Positions 49,001-61,900 of a stretch of DNA of 64,000 nucleotides are shown here, in pieces. Source of the DNA: Phoronis australis (taxonomy: Eukaryota; Animalia; Phoronida); assembly GCA_002633005.1 (NCBI GenBank), contig NMRA01000346.1, positions 1 to 64,000 of the forward strand. Direction: 5' to 3'. The notes below the pieces were generated by a model that was not told the DNA's origin, did not search any database, and saw only the letters and a program-made list of their open reading frames with translations. The translations under genes were made by a program, and so were the position numbers. Numbering within the stretch: position 1 is the stretch's first letter; the number at the start of each line of letters is the position of its first letter.

Positions 49001-52000
49001 GCAACTTTAAATAGTTGAAAGTTGCATATGCTCCAAAGCTTTAACCTAAGTGCCTACAGCCTCCTTCACACCTGTCACCATCATTAAACCTATAAAATAA
49101 CACTATCAAATGCACCTTCATTTTCCAGGGTAAAAACAAAAACACTAGCTTTGGAGCATGTGAAGGGGGAATGGACAATGAAAGTTGTAAACAGGACATA
49201 CATGAATGACAAAGAAATAAAAAGGGGACATAGAGGAATTATTGGGTGGGAGGAAATGGAAATGACACAGTGACTCATGTGCCCCAAGTCTGTCTTGAGA
49301 CCATTGTGATTGCTCTAAGACATTAATGAAAGGGCATTTCATCTACTGCAGATAGGGAGATAACTCTCACAAACAGTGAGGTCCTACATAGTGTGGCTGG
49401 GCAGATTGGAATGCACCAGTAGCCTTGGTACACAGCTATCAATATAAATATACAACTTAAGAATGTGTTTATTATGGCGAATTACACCTACATTTGAGTA
49501 AATGAACTTGGGTACTGGCGCAAAAACAATGCTGCTAATCCGTTACTCTGCAGTTGAATTTGTAGAGCACCACTATGGAGTTGTTGTTAAATAGAGTGCC
49601 ATCTGTCCACCAAACTTTATTTTAGTTAGTTAGTTGATACATTATTATTTTTTCACAATTTTGCTTATATTTCACAAATAACCAGAAGTGGTTACACTTC
49701 AAAAGTAGTTTTGAGTATTTTATCACATGCGAACTGAAATTCTGCATAAACGTTAGCTCGGTGAATTTATCACAATCTGACATGTGCGCATGTGACAAGC
49801 GTACTGTTGTGAAGTTAACATCAGTTTTTTTGTTACAAAAGTAGCAAAGTGATGCGAGCTAATTAAGTCCAGCAGATTGGGTTTGTTTTACTCGATTCCA
49901 ACGGACAAGGCAGGGATCATTTGAATGACGGTGCTACAAATACTTACACAACGGACTGGAGTGCTACATTTTGATATACTTTGTGGTGAGAGCCATACTC
50001 AGCGGCCCGGCTGGCTATGAGAGGATCTGGGAACTGTGAATGCTCCAAAGCTTATATTCCCATTTTTATTGTATACGTATATACAAGTGACCTCGCTTAA
50101 CTCGTCGTCAATTAACTTGACAGTCTGCATAATTCCTAACTGTTTCTTAATCCCTATTACGTCAAATCACTTCACTTCTATAAAATGAATTTTGAAGATT
50201 CAACTCTCCATCACAAAGTCTCCAAAGCATCTTCAATGGCTACCCTGGTCTTTCGCACATGCTCCTATATGTGGGTCATAGCCATATGTGGGTCATTTAA
50301 GTTAAAAAAATCATTCGAAAAAACACATATAGGCACATGCGCTTACTTGTACATTTTAAGTGTTTTATTTACACTTTACTGACACTCAAGGCAAAAATCA
50401 TTTACAATGAAATTAGATTTGAAATACAAATCTTGACGAAAACAACCTTTATCTGAACTTGTATATTGCATGTTCTTATCAGAAATCCATGATGTGGAAA
50501 TTGATACACCTGGCCATCACTGCTATGGAAGTACATATGTATCACACTTAAGTCGGACGACATGTAAGTCGTCACTTGGATAAGTTGTCGCTTTTTTGCT
50601 GTCCCAAAGTTAAGAGAGGCCATTTGTACTGAGGTGCATTTTAAACTTATATGTCACTTAACTTCAGTTTCAACTTCTTACATTTAGTCTATATATGCCT
50701 TACTCAAAAGCACTGCATATCAAAACAAACAAAATTAAATGTCCTTAAAATGGCACACTGTACCCACGATCATGTTGCGTCGTTTCATTTTCTGGTTTAA
50801 CTCCCCCACAAATATGTAAACACATAGTACCATAACTTTGCTAATGCCAAATGTAATCGAATGTACGCTATTATATAATGAGTTAGTAACTTTTTATTCT
50901 GTGAGTTTTCCACCAGCAAAAGCTATGTTTGTCTCTTCTCCTTTTTTCTGTGATGAGCAAGAACCAGGATGTTACTGACCTACTTTCAAAATAAAGTCCC
51001 ACCTCAACAAGTGTTCATCAAAATACTGTTGACCAGGCAGTGATCAAGGTATTACGATTAGTAACAGATCAAGATTGTTTTCCATAAAAAGGTGTCCACG
51101 GATATTCATAGATATTTTCTAATGAATGTGTTTTAAATAGACATAAGGTTACCATAGCAAAGTGTCACTAAAAAGGTGATGATAAAATACAAACCTTTTT
51201 CAGCTAAAATGCTTTCAGCACAGCAGTAGTCCACCAGGGTGACACCCAGCCATTCTGACACAGCTTTACACAATGCCTCATAGAGGGTGTCCTCGCTGAT
51301 TTTTTCACCACGAACATTCAGTAACTGCCCTTGCCTGGAGATAATAAATCAGCACCATACTATGTAGACTACAACAGTGGTTTCTAAACAATATGACAAA
51401 TTGGGCAAAAGCCCGAAAGGAAATCAAACACATAAAATAGTACTAAATCATTTGACGGGAAGAGATTTTGATGACTTTTATTAAATTACTGGACCTCCTT
51501 GACAAAAAAGGACGAACCTGCTTTATAATTTAAAAAACTTCATAGTGTCTTCATATCAGATTCGAGGTTTCAGCAAATTTTCAAATGAGCTATCCTTGAG
51601 ATAACATTCGTTAACACCATGTGTGTTGTGTTTTGACCACAAATATAGTTGTAGGAAACAATTATTTATCAAAGCAGTGACTGAGTAATGTTCAGGAACC
51701 TCATATTTGCAAGCACAAGTACAGTGTATGGCCATTAGGCACTAAATGTCAGAGACACAATACCGTATGTTACCCTAATCACTACTTTACACATCAAGAT
51801 CACCAGACAAAAAGACTACTGTACAAGAGCAACGATGAGGGTTGAAATGTGCCAATGACTGCATCGCAAACAGAAGGCTTGTAGGGCTGTTTATTAGTAT
51901 CAAAGAAATAGTCATTAGATGGTGCAGAATATGTCGAACCCATTCAAAAATGAGAAAAGCATCATCCTCTACAAAATAAGAAATTATTTATGTAAATATC

Positions 52001-55000
52001 TTTTTTATATTCATTAGGTCATGTGATGTGATCAAAAAGAAGGTGGATTGAACAGGATAAACTACTTGCAAGAAATTATTTGCAAAATTTCAAGAAAATC
52101 CTTCAAGGAAATCCAAAGATTACAGATAGGATTATGATAAAAACAAACTGCCACTATGAGGTGAAGCAGAAGTCTACTTTGTCCAGCTATAGGAATACAT
52201 ACACTTGCCAAACTGCCACTATGAGGTGAAGCAGAATCTACTTTGTCCAGCTATAGGAATACATACACTTGCCAAACTGCCACTATGAGGTGAAGCAGAA
52301 TCTACTTTGTCCAGCTATAGGAATACATACACTTGCCAAACTTCCAATAGATTTGCAAGGGGGCTTAGATGATACACACATGCAAAAATGTCACTAAGGG
52401 GCACCACAGTAGTTAGACCCAACTAAGGGGCACCACAGTAGTTAGACCCATCTAAGAATCCATATCAGTCATCCTCTGCTCAGTAGGAACACATCTCATT
52501 CTGTCAATTTTCATAACGATCATCTGAGCTGTTTGACGTACACAGAAGCAGACAATTCGAAAATAATCAAGAAAACTAAATTAAATGCTATTGTCTGCTT
52601 CTGACTCCATGGTAAACTTAATGCTGTTACATAAGGTGTTCATCCTATCAAAAAATGGCTTAGCCTGACTGTGATGACTAAATGTTAGAAATATCAATGT
52701 TATAACCATTATGACCATGCTTAACATTCAATCTTGAAGTTTTGGCTGCGTGTCTATTCACAACTATCTTTCTAGATGTGCTGAGAGAGTTCTGTAACAA
52801 CTGTTGACCAGACACATACGTGGGGATACCAATTTGCGATTCAAATTGACATCTTGTCAGTTGCCTATTTTTGAGTTCAATCTTGAGTACATTACTCTGC
52901 AGTGAAAGCAAATCGCATCTGGACATACCTTATGCATTAGCTGCAGTGTAGTTTTAGATAACAAAATGTTGGTACTAACTTGTTACGTTTATGAAGTGAA
53001 TGTCCAATTCCACTTTCTGTACTTTTGGTCTGACTGGTCTCTAGTCGCTGGAAAGCTAGTGAGATAGAATGGCCATACCGAAACGTCGATCATTATGTTG
53101 TTGTTTACATATGCACTTATTTTAAATTTTGTACTATATTTTGGCCAAAAAAGAAATGTGAACAACCATCAATTTTCATAATCATCTTTTGAGTGGTTTG
53201 GCAGAAAGAGAGGCAGATTTCAAAAATTTTTAAATGGGCACCAGGTGGCACAGAAAACATTAAATTAGTCCGTCTCCTTAATAGAAAAATATTTATCGAA
53301 TTTCATGAAAATACAGAGGCAAAGATAAAAAACATTTTGCCCCTAGGGGGCACAAAGGTATTTGTACCAGTTCGACACATGTTTCTGTTTGTCGACTGCT
53401 CCATAGGAATACATCTTTCAAATTTCACAAAACTCCTTCAAATGGTTAAAGAGATTAGGCTGCAGACGTAAAAAACAAAATCTCCACTAGGGAGCGACAC
53501 AGTAATCGGACCCGTCTGAAAGTCAACTTCAGTCATGACCTTCTCATCAGGAACACATCTGTAAATTCTCATAAAGATCCTTTGAGGGGTACGGCAGATA
53601 GAGAGGTGGACGTCACAAAACAGACGCCACAGTAGTCAGATTCCATCTAAAACTCCATGACCGCTGTGGTCTTCTGCTAAGTTTCATCCCTTGAGTGGTT
53701 TGGCAGACAAAGAAAATGGACTATATTCATGTCAATAGATGACACTGTTGTCATGGGTTCCAGTGCATGCTGACAGCAATGGTATATAACACATTACAAT
53801 CAGAACACTCAGATCAATAAGTTAATTAGTCCGAGACAAAACCATTTATTTTGATTGCAACAGGTCATCTTCCTAGTCATAGTTAGTTCTCCTGAAGTCT
53901 GGCAATAACGTCAAATTTAGGTAAATGCAGGCTAAGCGTCCATTCCTGATTTCCTAAAATTTCACATTTACGCTCCCCGCCTTGTGTAGTTAAGAACCCA
54001 CCCTCTTATTTTTGGGTCTGCTAATTTAACTGGCCAGGACATTCACCTGAATGCTATCAACTGGAGAATATCCTTTTGTGAACCAAAATTCATCCAAATG
54101 ATTCCCTCGTTTCAGTGACAGAAGGATGAACACATGGCCAGCATCTTTTCTTGGAATACTACAGTCGCTGGTGAAACACGAGCTATGATTGTGCAATACA
54201 ACAGTCTGAAAATCTAACTTATACACTTAGCATCTAATTATTGCATTTTATTTTTAGTTTTGATAACTAGATGTTTCTTCGTTAGACTCAAGAAATTCAT
54301 TTATCGTCAAATTTTGACAAAAAAGTAGGAAAAAGCAGGAATTTGAGGAAAAGTGAAAATGAAAGGACGAACACTAGAAATACCTGCAAACAGTAGGAGA
54401 ATATCGTATTGGAAGGCCTGTAGTTGAGGAGCATTTACATCAAACAGTAGGAGAATATCGTATTGGAAGGCCTGCAGTTGAGGAGCATTCACATGAAATA
54501 GTAGGAGAATATCGTATTGGAAGGCCTGCAGTTGAGGAGCATTCACATCAAACAGTAGGAGAATATCGTATTGGAAGGCCTGAAGTTGAGGAGCATTCAC
54601 ATCAAACAGTAGAATATCGTATTGGAAGGCCTGCAGTTGAGGAGCATTCACATCAAACAGTAGGAGAATATCGTATTGGAAGGCCTGCAGTTGAGGAGCA
54701 TTCACATCAAACAGCCATTCAACAAAAATGCAAGCACTTTCAAGAAGTCTCAATGGTATCAACTGTACCCATGAGTGAAAATTTCAAAATTTTGTAGGCA
54801 AGCACTGAGCCAAACATGGCATTGCCCAAATGAGTATCAAAGTAAGAAAAATTAAATTATCAGTAAATAACCTTACCTGTACATGAATTCCAGCACAGGG
54901 CATTGGTTAAGAAACCTGGTTACTCTCACCACATCACCTAGTCGGTAGCGATACAGTCCTGACAAGGTGGTTACAACTACTTCATAGTCACACCCAACAC

Positions 55001-58000
55001 TGACCTGAAAAATGGAGTGCGCAAAAATACTAAGACAAAAACATGACTTGTCAAATTAAACCACATCCCAGTGTAGTTTGCCTCTGACACAAGGACTATA
55101 GAGATATCCCTGAAATACAAAGAATTAACTTTGCAAACAAATTTTTTAAATATTTACCATTCCAGTTTGAAGGCATCTTGAAGCCAAAGAAAAAATACAA
55201 AATGGCCCCCATATTGATAAAGCTTTATATTTGAACTAAAAGGTTATATTTATATTCAGTGTTCTCCACTATCTGTTTTGACTTGTTGTGACGAGTTTGG
55301 CTCATTTGAATCGAGTTTAAAAACCTGTGCAACGAGATTAGTCATTGCCTTTAGCAAATTAGGACATTTTGTATTTTTGGTACCAGTTTAGTGCATTTAT
55401 TTCAAGACTTAACGTATAAACTGCTCACAGTACAGGCATTCAGGACTTTGAACACATGTTCATGAATTTAAGTCGAGTTTGAATTTTCTATATGGAGAAC
55501 ACTAATATTACAAGCAGCTTTTCAGCACTGCATAATGAAAAATGTGGTTTTTATGAACAATTCAAGTAGGAATTTGAAAGCAAAATGGCCGTTACATCTG
55601 CCATCAACAATATAGGCATATATGACATCACAAAGTAGATGTTTTGCATGAATTTCACCTCATTCCATTGAGAAATGTGACCAGAATCATATGAATAAAT
55701 TATGCAACTGACATTAGATACAAGCTCTTTTTCTTGGGAAATTTGCACTACATCAATCTCACTCATCAATATGTAATATTACACTACATCAATCTCACTC
55801 ATCAATATGTAATATTACACTACATCATTCTCACTCATCAATATGTAATATTGCACTACATCAATCTCACTCATCAATATGTAATATTACACTACATCAA
55901 TCTCACTCATCAATATGTAATATTACACTACATCAATCTCACTCATCAATATGTAATATTACACTACATCAATCTCACTCATCAATATGTAATATTACGC
56001 CTGAGCATATAACACCTCGCAGAAATTTTTTGTCATGAAGTTTTTCAATCATTCCAGCTGCCAAAGTTTGAAGAGCGAGAACAAAAGGAACAAGTTTGTG
56101 CTTAGATTTATGTTGTTTGCATCTTCAACTACTTTGATGACATTGGAATACCAGGTCGGTAATAGTTTGATATAATGTGCCCAAATTTTGAGAACCAGTT
56201 TTCTCCACTGAAGAATGGGCATCAAACTGGTTCTCAAAATATGGGCACGTTATATAAGACTTTTGCCCGGCAGGTCAGTCCCGGAAGTCTGCCAGTATTT
56301 TTCAACGTACTTTCTACAATTTGAAAGTGCTTCCACACATACGTATCAGTTACAGAGCACCAATTTAACTTTTGCATAGCCAACTAGCCTGATATTAAAG
56401 GGAAATCTTTTGAACTTGAAGTCTGTGTACTTCAATTTGAAACATCATAAGTGACTAAGGCAACTCTCTGGCTCAACATGTAAGCAACTTGAGGGAGCTT
56501 TATCACCATTCATTCGAATATTAAATGACAGTTACCGACAAGATGGGTGACTTCTCAAAACAGGTCGCAGAGAACGCTGAACATGAACATCCGGTGTACA
56601 GCGTAAGAAAATAAAACGCTGAATGCCCACTCCATGCTCGTTCTAGCATTACGAGTGAGGTCATCTTCCTATTTGCATTTTACTTTTTCTACATGTTTTG
56701 TCCTGGCATGTGTCTGCACAACAGCATGCATGCGTGAGAGCTTAGAAATTATGAAGAACTTGGCAAACATTCTTGGGGGAAATTCATTTCCCTTTAGGAG
56801 GTAAAACTTTTACAGGTAGGTCAGAGTTAACTGGACATGATCAAAACAAAATTGCACATGTCAAGTACCATTCTTGCATCACAATGTTTTTTCTTTTAGG
56901 AGTGTATGAGTATACATGGGTTTCCATTGCACAGTATTCAAAATGCGACCAACACGTAATTTGATGAGAATATGGATTAAAAGACATCACACAATAACTG
57001 TTTGGTTATTTAACATATTTTTTATAAAATCAAGGACTATGCCAAATATTTTTCCAGGTGTCATTATATAATATCACTTTAATCTGTATTTCGCATAAAC
57101 AACGCTCGTAAAAGCTAAAAATATTGTTGATGTAGCCAACTGTTTTTGATGCAAAATTGCACAGGCAATAATATTGCACATAGCTACCACATTATTATAC
57201 TGAACTTTGTTTGCAGCAAGACAAATGCATTAGTCTGATGTCAATTTTACATTTAAGACAAGCTAACCTGGTGCAGAAGAAACGTTGTGGGCTGGTCCTC
57301 GAGACTGTTTTCAACTGGTATGAATTCATAAAACATGTTTGAGGGGACCGGTAGATATTCAGTCTTTTCACTGAGGGGCCAAATATTTAGACCAATCAAA
57401 CCTTCAGTTGCAGCATAAAGTGGGGAGTACACTGGAATGTCTCGACAATAGGTGTCTCTGAGTCTGTCACTGTATAATTGGAATGTGCCAGTGTTGGCAC
57501 ATAGCAGCAGCGAGCATGTTGGCCATATTCGTTTGACAATGTTATCAAACCCTTTCTCAAATTCTACTTGCAATTCCATGGCTCTTGTACAATCTGGCTT
57601 TAGTAACTCATCAAGTCTCTCTCTAATATCCTTTGAAATGTTTAGATTTGAATTGACTTTGCCATGCTTGATATCTGCCACCAAATTTCTCCATTCTTGT
57701 TCAAGAAAATGAAGCCCAGTGTGTATGAGTGAAGCAAAATTAGCTTCAATCATTCCTAACTTCCGCTCCTTCAACCCAAAAAGGAGATGTACATATAAAG
57801 CCTCACGTTCATCTAAAATCTCAAAACCAGGCAAGGGTGTTGTATACAGATTAAGAATCTGCTTTGAATTTGTGGGTGATGATGAGTTAGGGCCAATGGG
57901 AAGACCCGCTTCACTTTCACGCCACCTAGGGGTGTAAAAAAACTTGAGATTTTTTCGTAAGTTCTGCAAATTAGGATATGCCTTCAACATGTGGTAATAA

Positions 58001-59768
58001 AGTACTGAGATCCCTTGGAGAAAGAATAGTCCGGATTGTTTCTTGGTAAATGGAAGAACGCTACATTGACCTGAAGTTCCAGAGGTCACAGCCAGCATCA
58101 TGGGATCCTGTTTCGTCAAAACATTTCTCTCCCCTTTTGCAATCCTCTCCACATACAGCTCATAATGAGGATATCGCGTCAGTGGATGACCACAAATGAA
58201 ATCGTCAGCTGTTTTCATTTTCTCAAATGAGTACAATCTCCCATATGCAGTATCTTTATTGACTTTCAGACGGGACATAAGAATTTTTTCTTGAGTTTCT
58301 TGACAAAGGTATGTTGTGTTTTCAAATCGTCTACTCATAAATCGTCCAATAATCTTCAAGCTGTTAATAGCAATGTAGTGCTGCAGCAGTCCCTTCATTG
58401 TGTGACTCGTTGAAATGTCTTTTGATGACAAGTCGTAAAACACCAGTAAGATAATAGCCAAGACCACAACAAGCACGCCTGTAATGAATGAATGAAATGC
58501 ATAAACACCATGGCATAGCCATCAGCGAGTTCACCAATAACAGATTCTCAAAGAATGTGATTCCCAATTAATACATGCATCCAGTCTAGGGTTTCCTGAA
58601 AGCATGAATGTAAACAAAAATTTTCCACATTGTCATGTCGAAGTACAATAGAGTTCACGAATTTTGTCGCAAGGGCAATGCCATGACATTTACAGGTCAA
58701 AGGGCAATGTCATGGCATTTACAGGTCGAAGGGCAATGTCATGACATTTACAGGTCGAAGGCCTTTGAAAAAGATGATGTTACTTTCAAGAATGACAATA
58801 AAAGGGTGATTTTTCATGGAAGCTCACTGGCCTTGGCTATGAAGAATTGGTCTCAAGTTTACTCCTTACTATTGGATGGCTATTCCTACAGTACCCACAT
58901 CAAACATATAGTCTAGTGACAGCCAGTAGTGTCAGTGTTACTGTTGAAGCCCAAACTGATGCATGAGCCTAACTGATCTGGTGCATTTCAATTTGGCTCG
59001 AGTTAGAGAGCCAAATTAATGCTTGTGCCAAAGTGAAGTAGTTACCATGTGTTTCCGAATTACTGCCAGAAATCTTAGAATGTTAATGGCAAGCAGGCAC
59101 AAATTTGACGGCGGTGAGTGCAGAGTAGTACTTTAACACTAAGTGATTATTTAACTGTGGTGAGTGCAGAGTAGTACTTTAACACTAAGTGATTATTTAA
59201 CTGTGGTGAGTGCAGAGTAGTACTTTAACACTAAGTGATTATTTAACTGTGGTGAGTGCAGAGTAGTACTTTAACACTAAGTGATTATTTGACTGCGGTA
59301 TGATTATTTAAGTGATTATTTCCGCAACAGTATCAATAACCCATAACATTTGTTACATTTGACACAGCACTGCATATTCAGTGAATGAGCAGATCAAACG
59401 GCTATAAACCAATTTATTGCTAATTTGGTGGAAAAACAAAATCGAACAAACTTTTTTGGCAATTTCTGTCATGCGATCAACAAAATTGGTTGACAGAAGG
59501 CAGTCGGTAACTATATTATAACAATGTGCAACATAACAAATGAGAGACACATGTCAATTAGAAAGCATAAATGCTAATCGGATAAATGCTTTTTGGTCCC
59601 TTCTTTTATATGATTAATGTCATCAATATAGTTCAAACACCATTTGGCATTCGTAGATGTAGCAAATTATTGTTTTAAAAAGACATGCAGGTATTGCACG
59701 AGGAGTAAACGCCGCACGTTGTGATAGGCGCGGGGCGACTCACAAACAAAACAACTTTTAGGCGTCAT
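45865..59768 (-). CDS. GHDC: GH3 domain-containing protein (acyl-acid amido synthetase family); 6 coding exons, about 603 aa
   Basis: Exons 59768-59744, 58478-57268, 55004-54877, 51334-51195, 47605-47514 and 46080-45865 total 1812 nt, all GT-AG and phase-consistent; motifs AVTSGTSG, YAATEG, GLYRYRLGDVV, QFKVPRVL; N-terminal hydrophobic anchor. Confidence 0.9.
46498..46983. repeat. 26-bp minisatellite (GATTGCACCTGCTGTGACAGTTTACT), about 19 copies
   Basis: Direct tandem units in a GHDC intron. Confidence 0.95.
47514..47605 (-). CDS. GHDC: GHDC exon 5 (HQSMPHYIVFVEV...QL)
   Basis: cacag| ... |gtaag; phase 1-0. Confidence 0.88.
47861..48667 (-). mobile_element. Kolobok-like long-TIR element (family B, copy 2)
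   Basis: AGGTGAAGGCAACCTTTTTTCATGTCA... / ...TGACATGAAAAAAGATTGCCCTCCCCT; flanks ATAA and TTAA; colinear with 6645-7922 with a larger internal deletion; keeps ECVAGHSGKWDS. Confidence 0.85.
48672..49006. mobile_element. Short TTAA-flanked Kolobok-type MITE sharing a TTAA with family B copy 2
   Basis: TTAA|AGCTGCATTT ... AAATGCAACT|TTAA (9/10 TIR). Confidence 0.55.
50130..50272 (+). mobile_element. Possible CR1-like LINE ORF2 C-terminal fragment
   Basis: HHKVSKASSMATLVFRTCSYM resembles the CR1 HI..KV.KA..M.GLI.RTF.Y motif. Confidence 0.35.
51195..51334 (-). CDS. GHDC: GHDC exon 4 (QGQLLNVRGEKISE...LVDYCCAES...)
   Basis: tccag| ... |gtttg; phase 2-1. Confidence 0.9.
52144..52342. repeat. About 64-bp tandem x3
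   Basis: CAAACTGCCACTATGAGGTGAAGCAGAA...CATACACTTGC repeated. Confidence 0.9.
52345..53760. mobile_element. Degenerate HINE/Helentron-like core-repeat element(s)
   Basis: Recurring AA(T)TTTCAT...GAGTGGTTTGGCAGA and CACAGTAGT.AGA.CC motifs at about 52420-52540, 53170-53210 and 53420-53710. Confidence 0.35.
54388..54713. repeat. 54-bp minisatellite x6
   Basis: AAACAGTAGGAGAATATCGTATTGGAAGGCCTGCAGTTGAGGAGCATTCACATC. Confidence 0.93.
54877..55004 (-). CDS. GHDC: GHDC exon 3 (VSVGCDYEVVVTTLSGLYRYRLGDVV...EFMYR)
   Basis: ttcag| ... |gtaag; phase 0-2; GH3 motif III. Confidence 0.93.
55743..55998. repeat. 36-bp minisatellite x7
   Basis: CACTACATCAATCTCACTCATCAATATGTAATATTA. Confidence 0.95.
56399..56793. 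mobile_element. Possible short Kolobok-type MITE
   Basis: TTAA|AGGGAAAT ... ATTTCCCT|TTAG (8-bp TIR only). Confidence 0.4.
57268..58478 (-). CDS. GHDC: GHDC large exon 2
   Basis: tacag|GC GTG... to CAG|gttag; corresponds to ORF 57253-58476. Confidence 0.93.
58672..58761. repeat. 29-bp tandem x3
   Basis: AGGGCAATGTCATGACATTTACAGGTCGA. Confidence 0.85.
59113..59298. repeat. 46-bp tandem x4
   Basis: GGTGAGTGCAGAGTAGTACTTTAACACTAAGTGATTATTTAACTGT. Confidence 0.92.
59744..59768 (-). CDS. GHDC: GHDC first coding exon (MTPKSCFV)
   Basis: ATG ACG CCT AAA AGT TGT TTT GTT T|gtgagt; phase 1 joins GC of exon 2, giving MTPKSCFVCVLVVVLAIILLVFY. Confidence 0.7.
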
Positions 59769-60056
59769 ATTAAAGTAAAATTTATAAACAATGACCCTTC
59801 AATTTCAAAAATTACTACTCGTAAACACTGAACGTTCTGTAACGTAGAGGTTAACATGGCACGGAAATTGACCCACAATAGACATTTCTGTCGATGAATT
59901 GTGTACATGAAATGGCATGCTCATGCTTTATAATATCAAATGTTATGTTATTTCTGATGTTTAAAATCATATGGTATCTTGTCCTGCACTAACAGTCGTC
60001 AAAGCAGACCTGACAACCATCGAAACCCAAGGACTATATATATTGGCAGTAATTTG

Positions 60057-60161
60057 GGAACACACATGCGTAGAGTTGGATTAGGAAGTGACCATCACCT
60101 ACACTCTACAGAACACACATGCGTAGAGTTGGATTAGAAAGTGCCCATCACCTACACTCTA
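60057..60161. repeat. About 54-bp tandem x2
   Basis: GAACACACATGCGTAGAGTTGGATTAG...CCATCACCTACACTCTA duplicated. Confidence 0.85.
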
Positions 60162-61339
60162 AAGAGTGTCCATTGCCAAGCCATTTTTGTTCAAAGTTAA
60201 TTTGCACATAATTTACTAAACATTGAATATGTTATCTTATCCCACAGTTATGGAGAGCTGTTCTCAGTTTATCTTTGCCTCAGTTCTGAAAGTTGTGGAG
60301 AAGCTGGTTGATACCAAATGAATTTTGGTAGTTTCTGCTGGTGATCTAACGCAATGTCGCTAATTTTTGGAAGTTTTTATTCCAGTATTAGAGTCAAACT
60401 TGCGAATACAAAATATGTACATACCTGTTTATAAGTGGATGAACACTTAAGCAATGCAATAGAATTAATTTACTTGTTAATACCAACATTTCTGAATGAC
60501 CAAAGAACATTTATGTTTTATTAATAACGAGTTTAAACTGAAAAAGTAACTTAAGCTAAACTTGCCTCAAATCTCACTCAAAAATAAAAAAAATTGTAAT
60601 TCTTCTTGTGTTGGAGAGTTTATTTTTCGCTATTTCCTCAGTAAATGCAACTAGATACAAATTTTTTCAAACTATGTACTAACAATTCAAAGTTGGGGGC
60701 TACGGAGAATACGAAAAACATTTTAGCTTATGATCAATTCAAATGTTAATCCAGGGTTTGGTCTAATATTTTTTGTGGGTCAGTGATAGCTTCAAGATTC
60801 CCAATGTACAGCATCAAATATCTTTTATTAATGGAAGAATTTAATGGAATTCGGACAGGGCTACGGAGAATACACAGTTTTTCTTCGGTGACGAAGATAT
60901 TATTTGGTTGAGGAATCAAATCACCAGGACATCTGTTACAAATAGGAGGTTTCTAAATCAAATTCCATATACCATCAACCATTAAAACACGGTTCAAAAC
61001 ACTAGTAATGCTTTTCTTTTTCAGCCATGGCTTTAAGAGAAGGAGCACACGCAAATTTACGTGTTTTACATAACATTGACATCATTTAGCAAGTGTGCCT
61101 GAAAATAGAGTTTGACTTTTCAGATCCCTGCAATCACCTGAAGAAAAACAAGAAATACATGTTAAGCTCCTGAAAAAACATTGAATTTCAATTAAATGTG
61201 TGATTTAATTAAATGCCACGTGTATTAAAAACATGTAATATTTCAGTGAAACAAAATAACGATGGATTTCCAGCTATATCAAGCATTACTCTGGCCACAA
61301 TTAACATTTTTAAAATGCGTAAATGTCATAAGTACCAGT

Positions 61340-61900
61340 GCTGAAACAAGATCATCATACAAATATCTGCCAGAGGTGAAGAAATTCTGTCAACATGATT
61401 GCATAACATAAAAAAATCTAGATTTGCATCCTGAGAGAAAAAATGCCAAAGGTATTTCGCACTTTCCAATGGAGAAGGATTTACAGAATGTGTTCATTTT
61501 GTATCTATGCAGATTGCTTGTTATTTGACAGGATTTACTTGCATGACATTGACAGCTAGCTAACCAGTTGATGAGAGTAATTCGCTGTCTAAGTTGTCTT
61601 AGATTTTCAGTAACAGGGAGTGGGTTCTGTCAGTGAGAGGGGTTTTTCATTTGCAAAGTTGACCATATTGAAGAAAAAGGGTGCCTGGATGGATCCTTGA
61701 GGTAATCCCTTGAATACTTGGCCACATTCACTGGAGTACTCGTTGGCCTATACTCACAGTTCCAAATTCATTCGTCGGATCCGAAAATGACATTTACAAA
61801 AGCTACTCGAGTTTAGTGTATGGTTCATGGTTGGTGATTTATGAGCTGTTAAGTGTTTTAAGAGTTAAAACTGTTAAGATGCAAGCTTCGTCTGGAAATT
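61340..61900 (-). mobile_element. CR1/L2-type LINE reverse transcriptase remnant
   Basis: KGLPQGSIQAPFFFNMVNFANE (GVPQGSILGP..FN / NYADD degenerate), followed by an MQVNPVK*QAI-like segment. Confidence 0.65.

Noticed and set aside
53030-53095. Penelope-like tail or minimal hammerhead (…CCGAAACGTCGA); a similar Penelope-like tail at about 4300-4415
   Set aside because: No CTGANGA core and no RT or GIY-YIG remnant recognised; too degenerate to call.
59113-59298. GGTGAGT donor-like motif in the 46-bp repeat
   Set aside because: On the strand opposite GHDC, with no plus-strand exon upstream.
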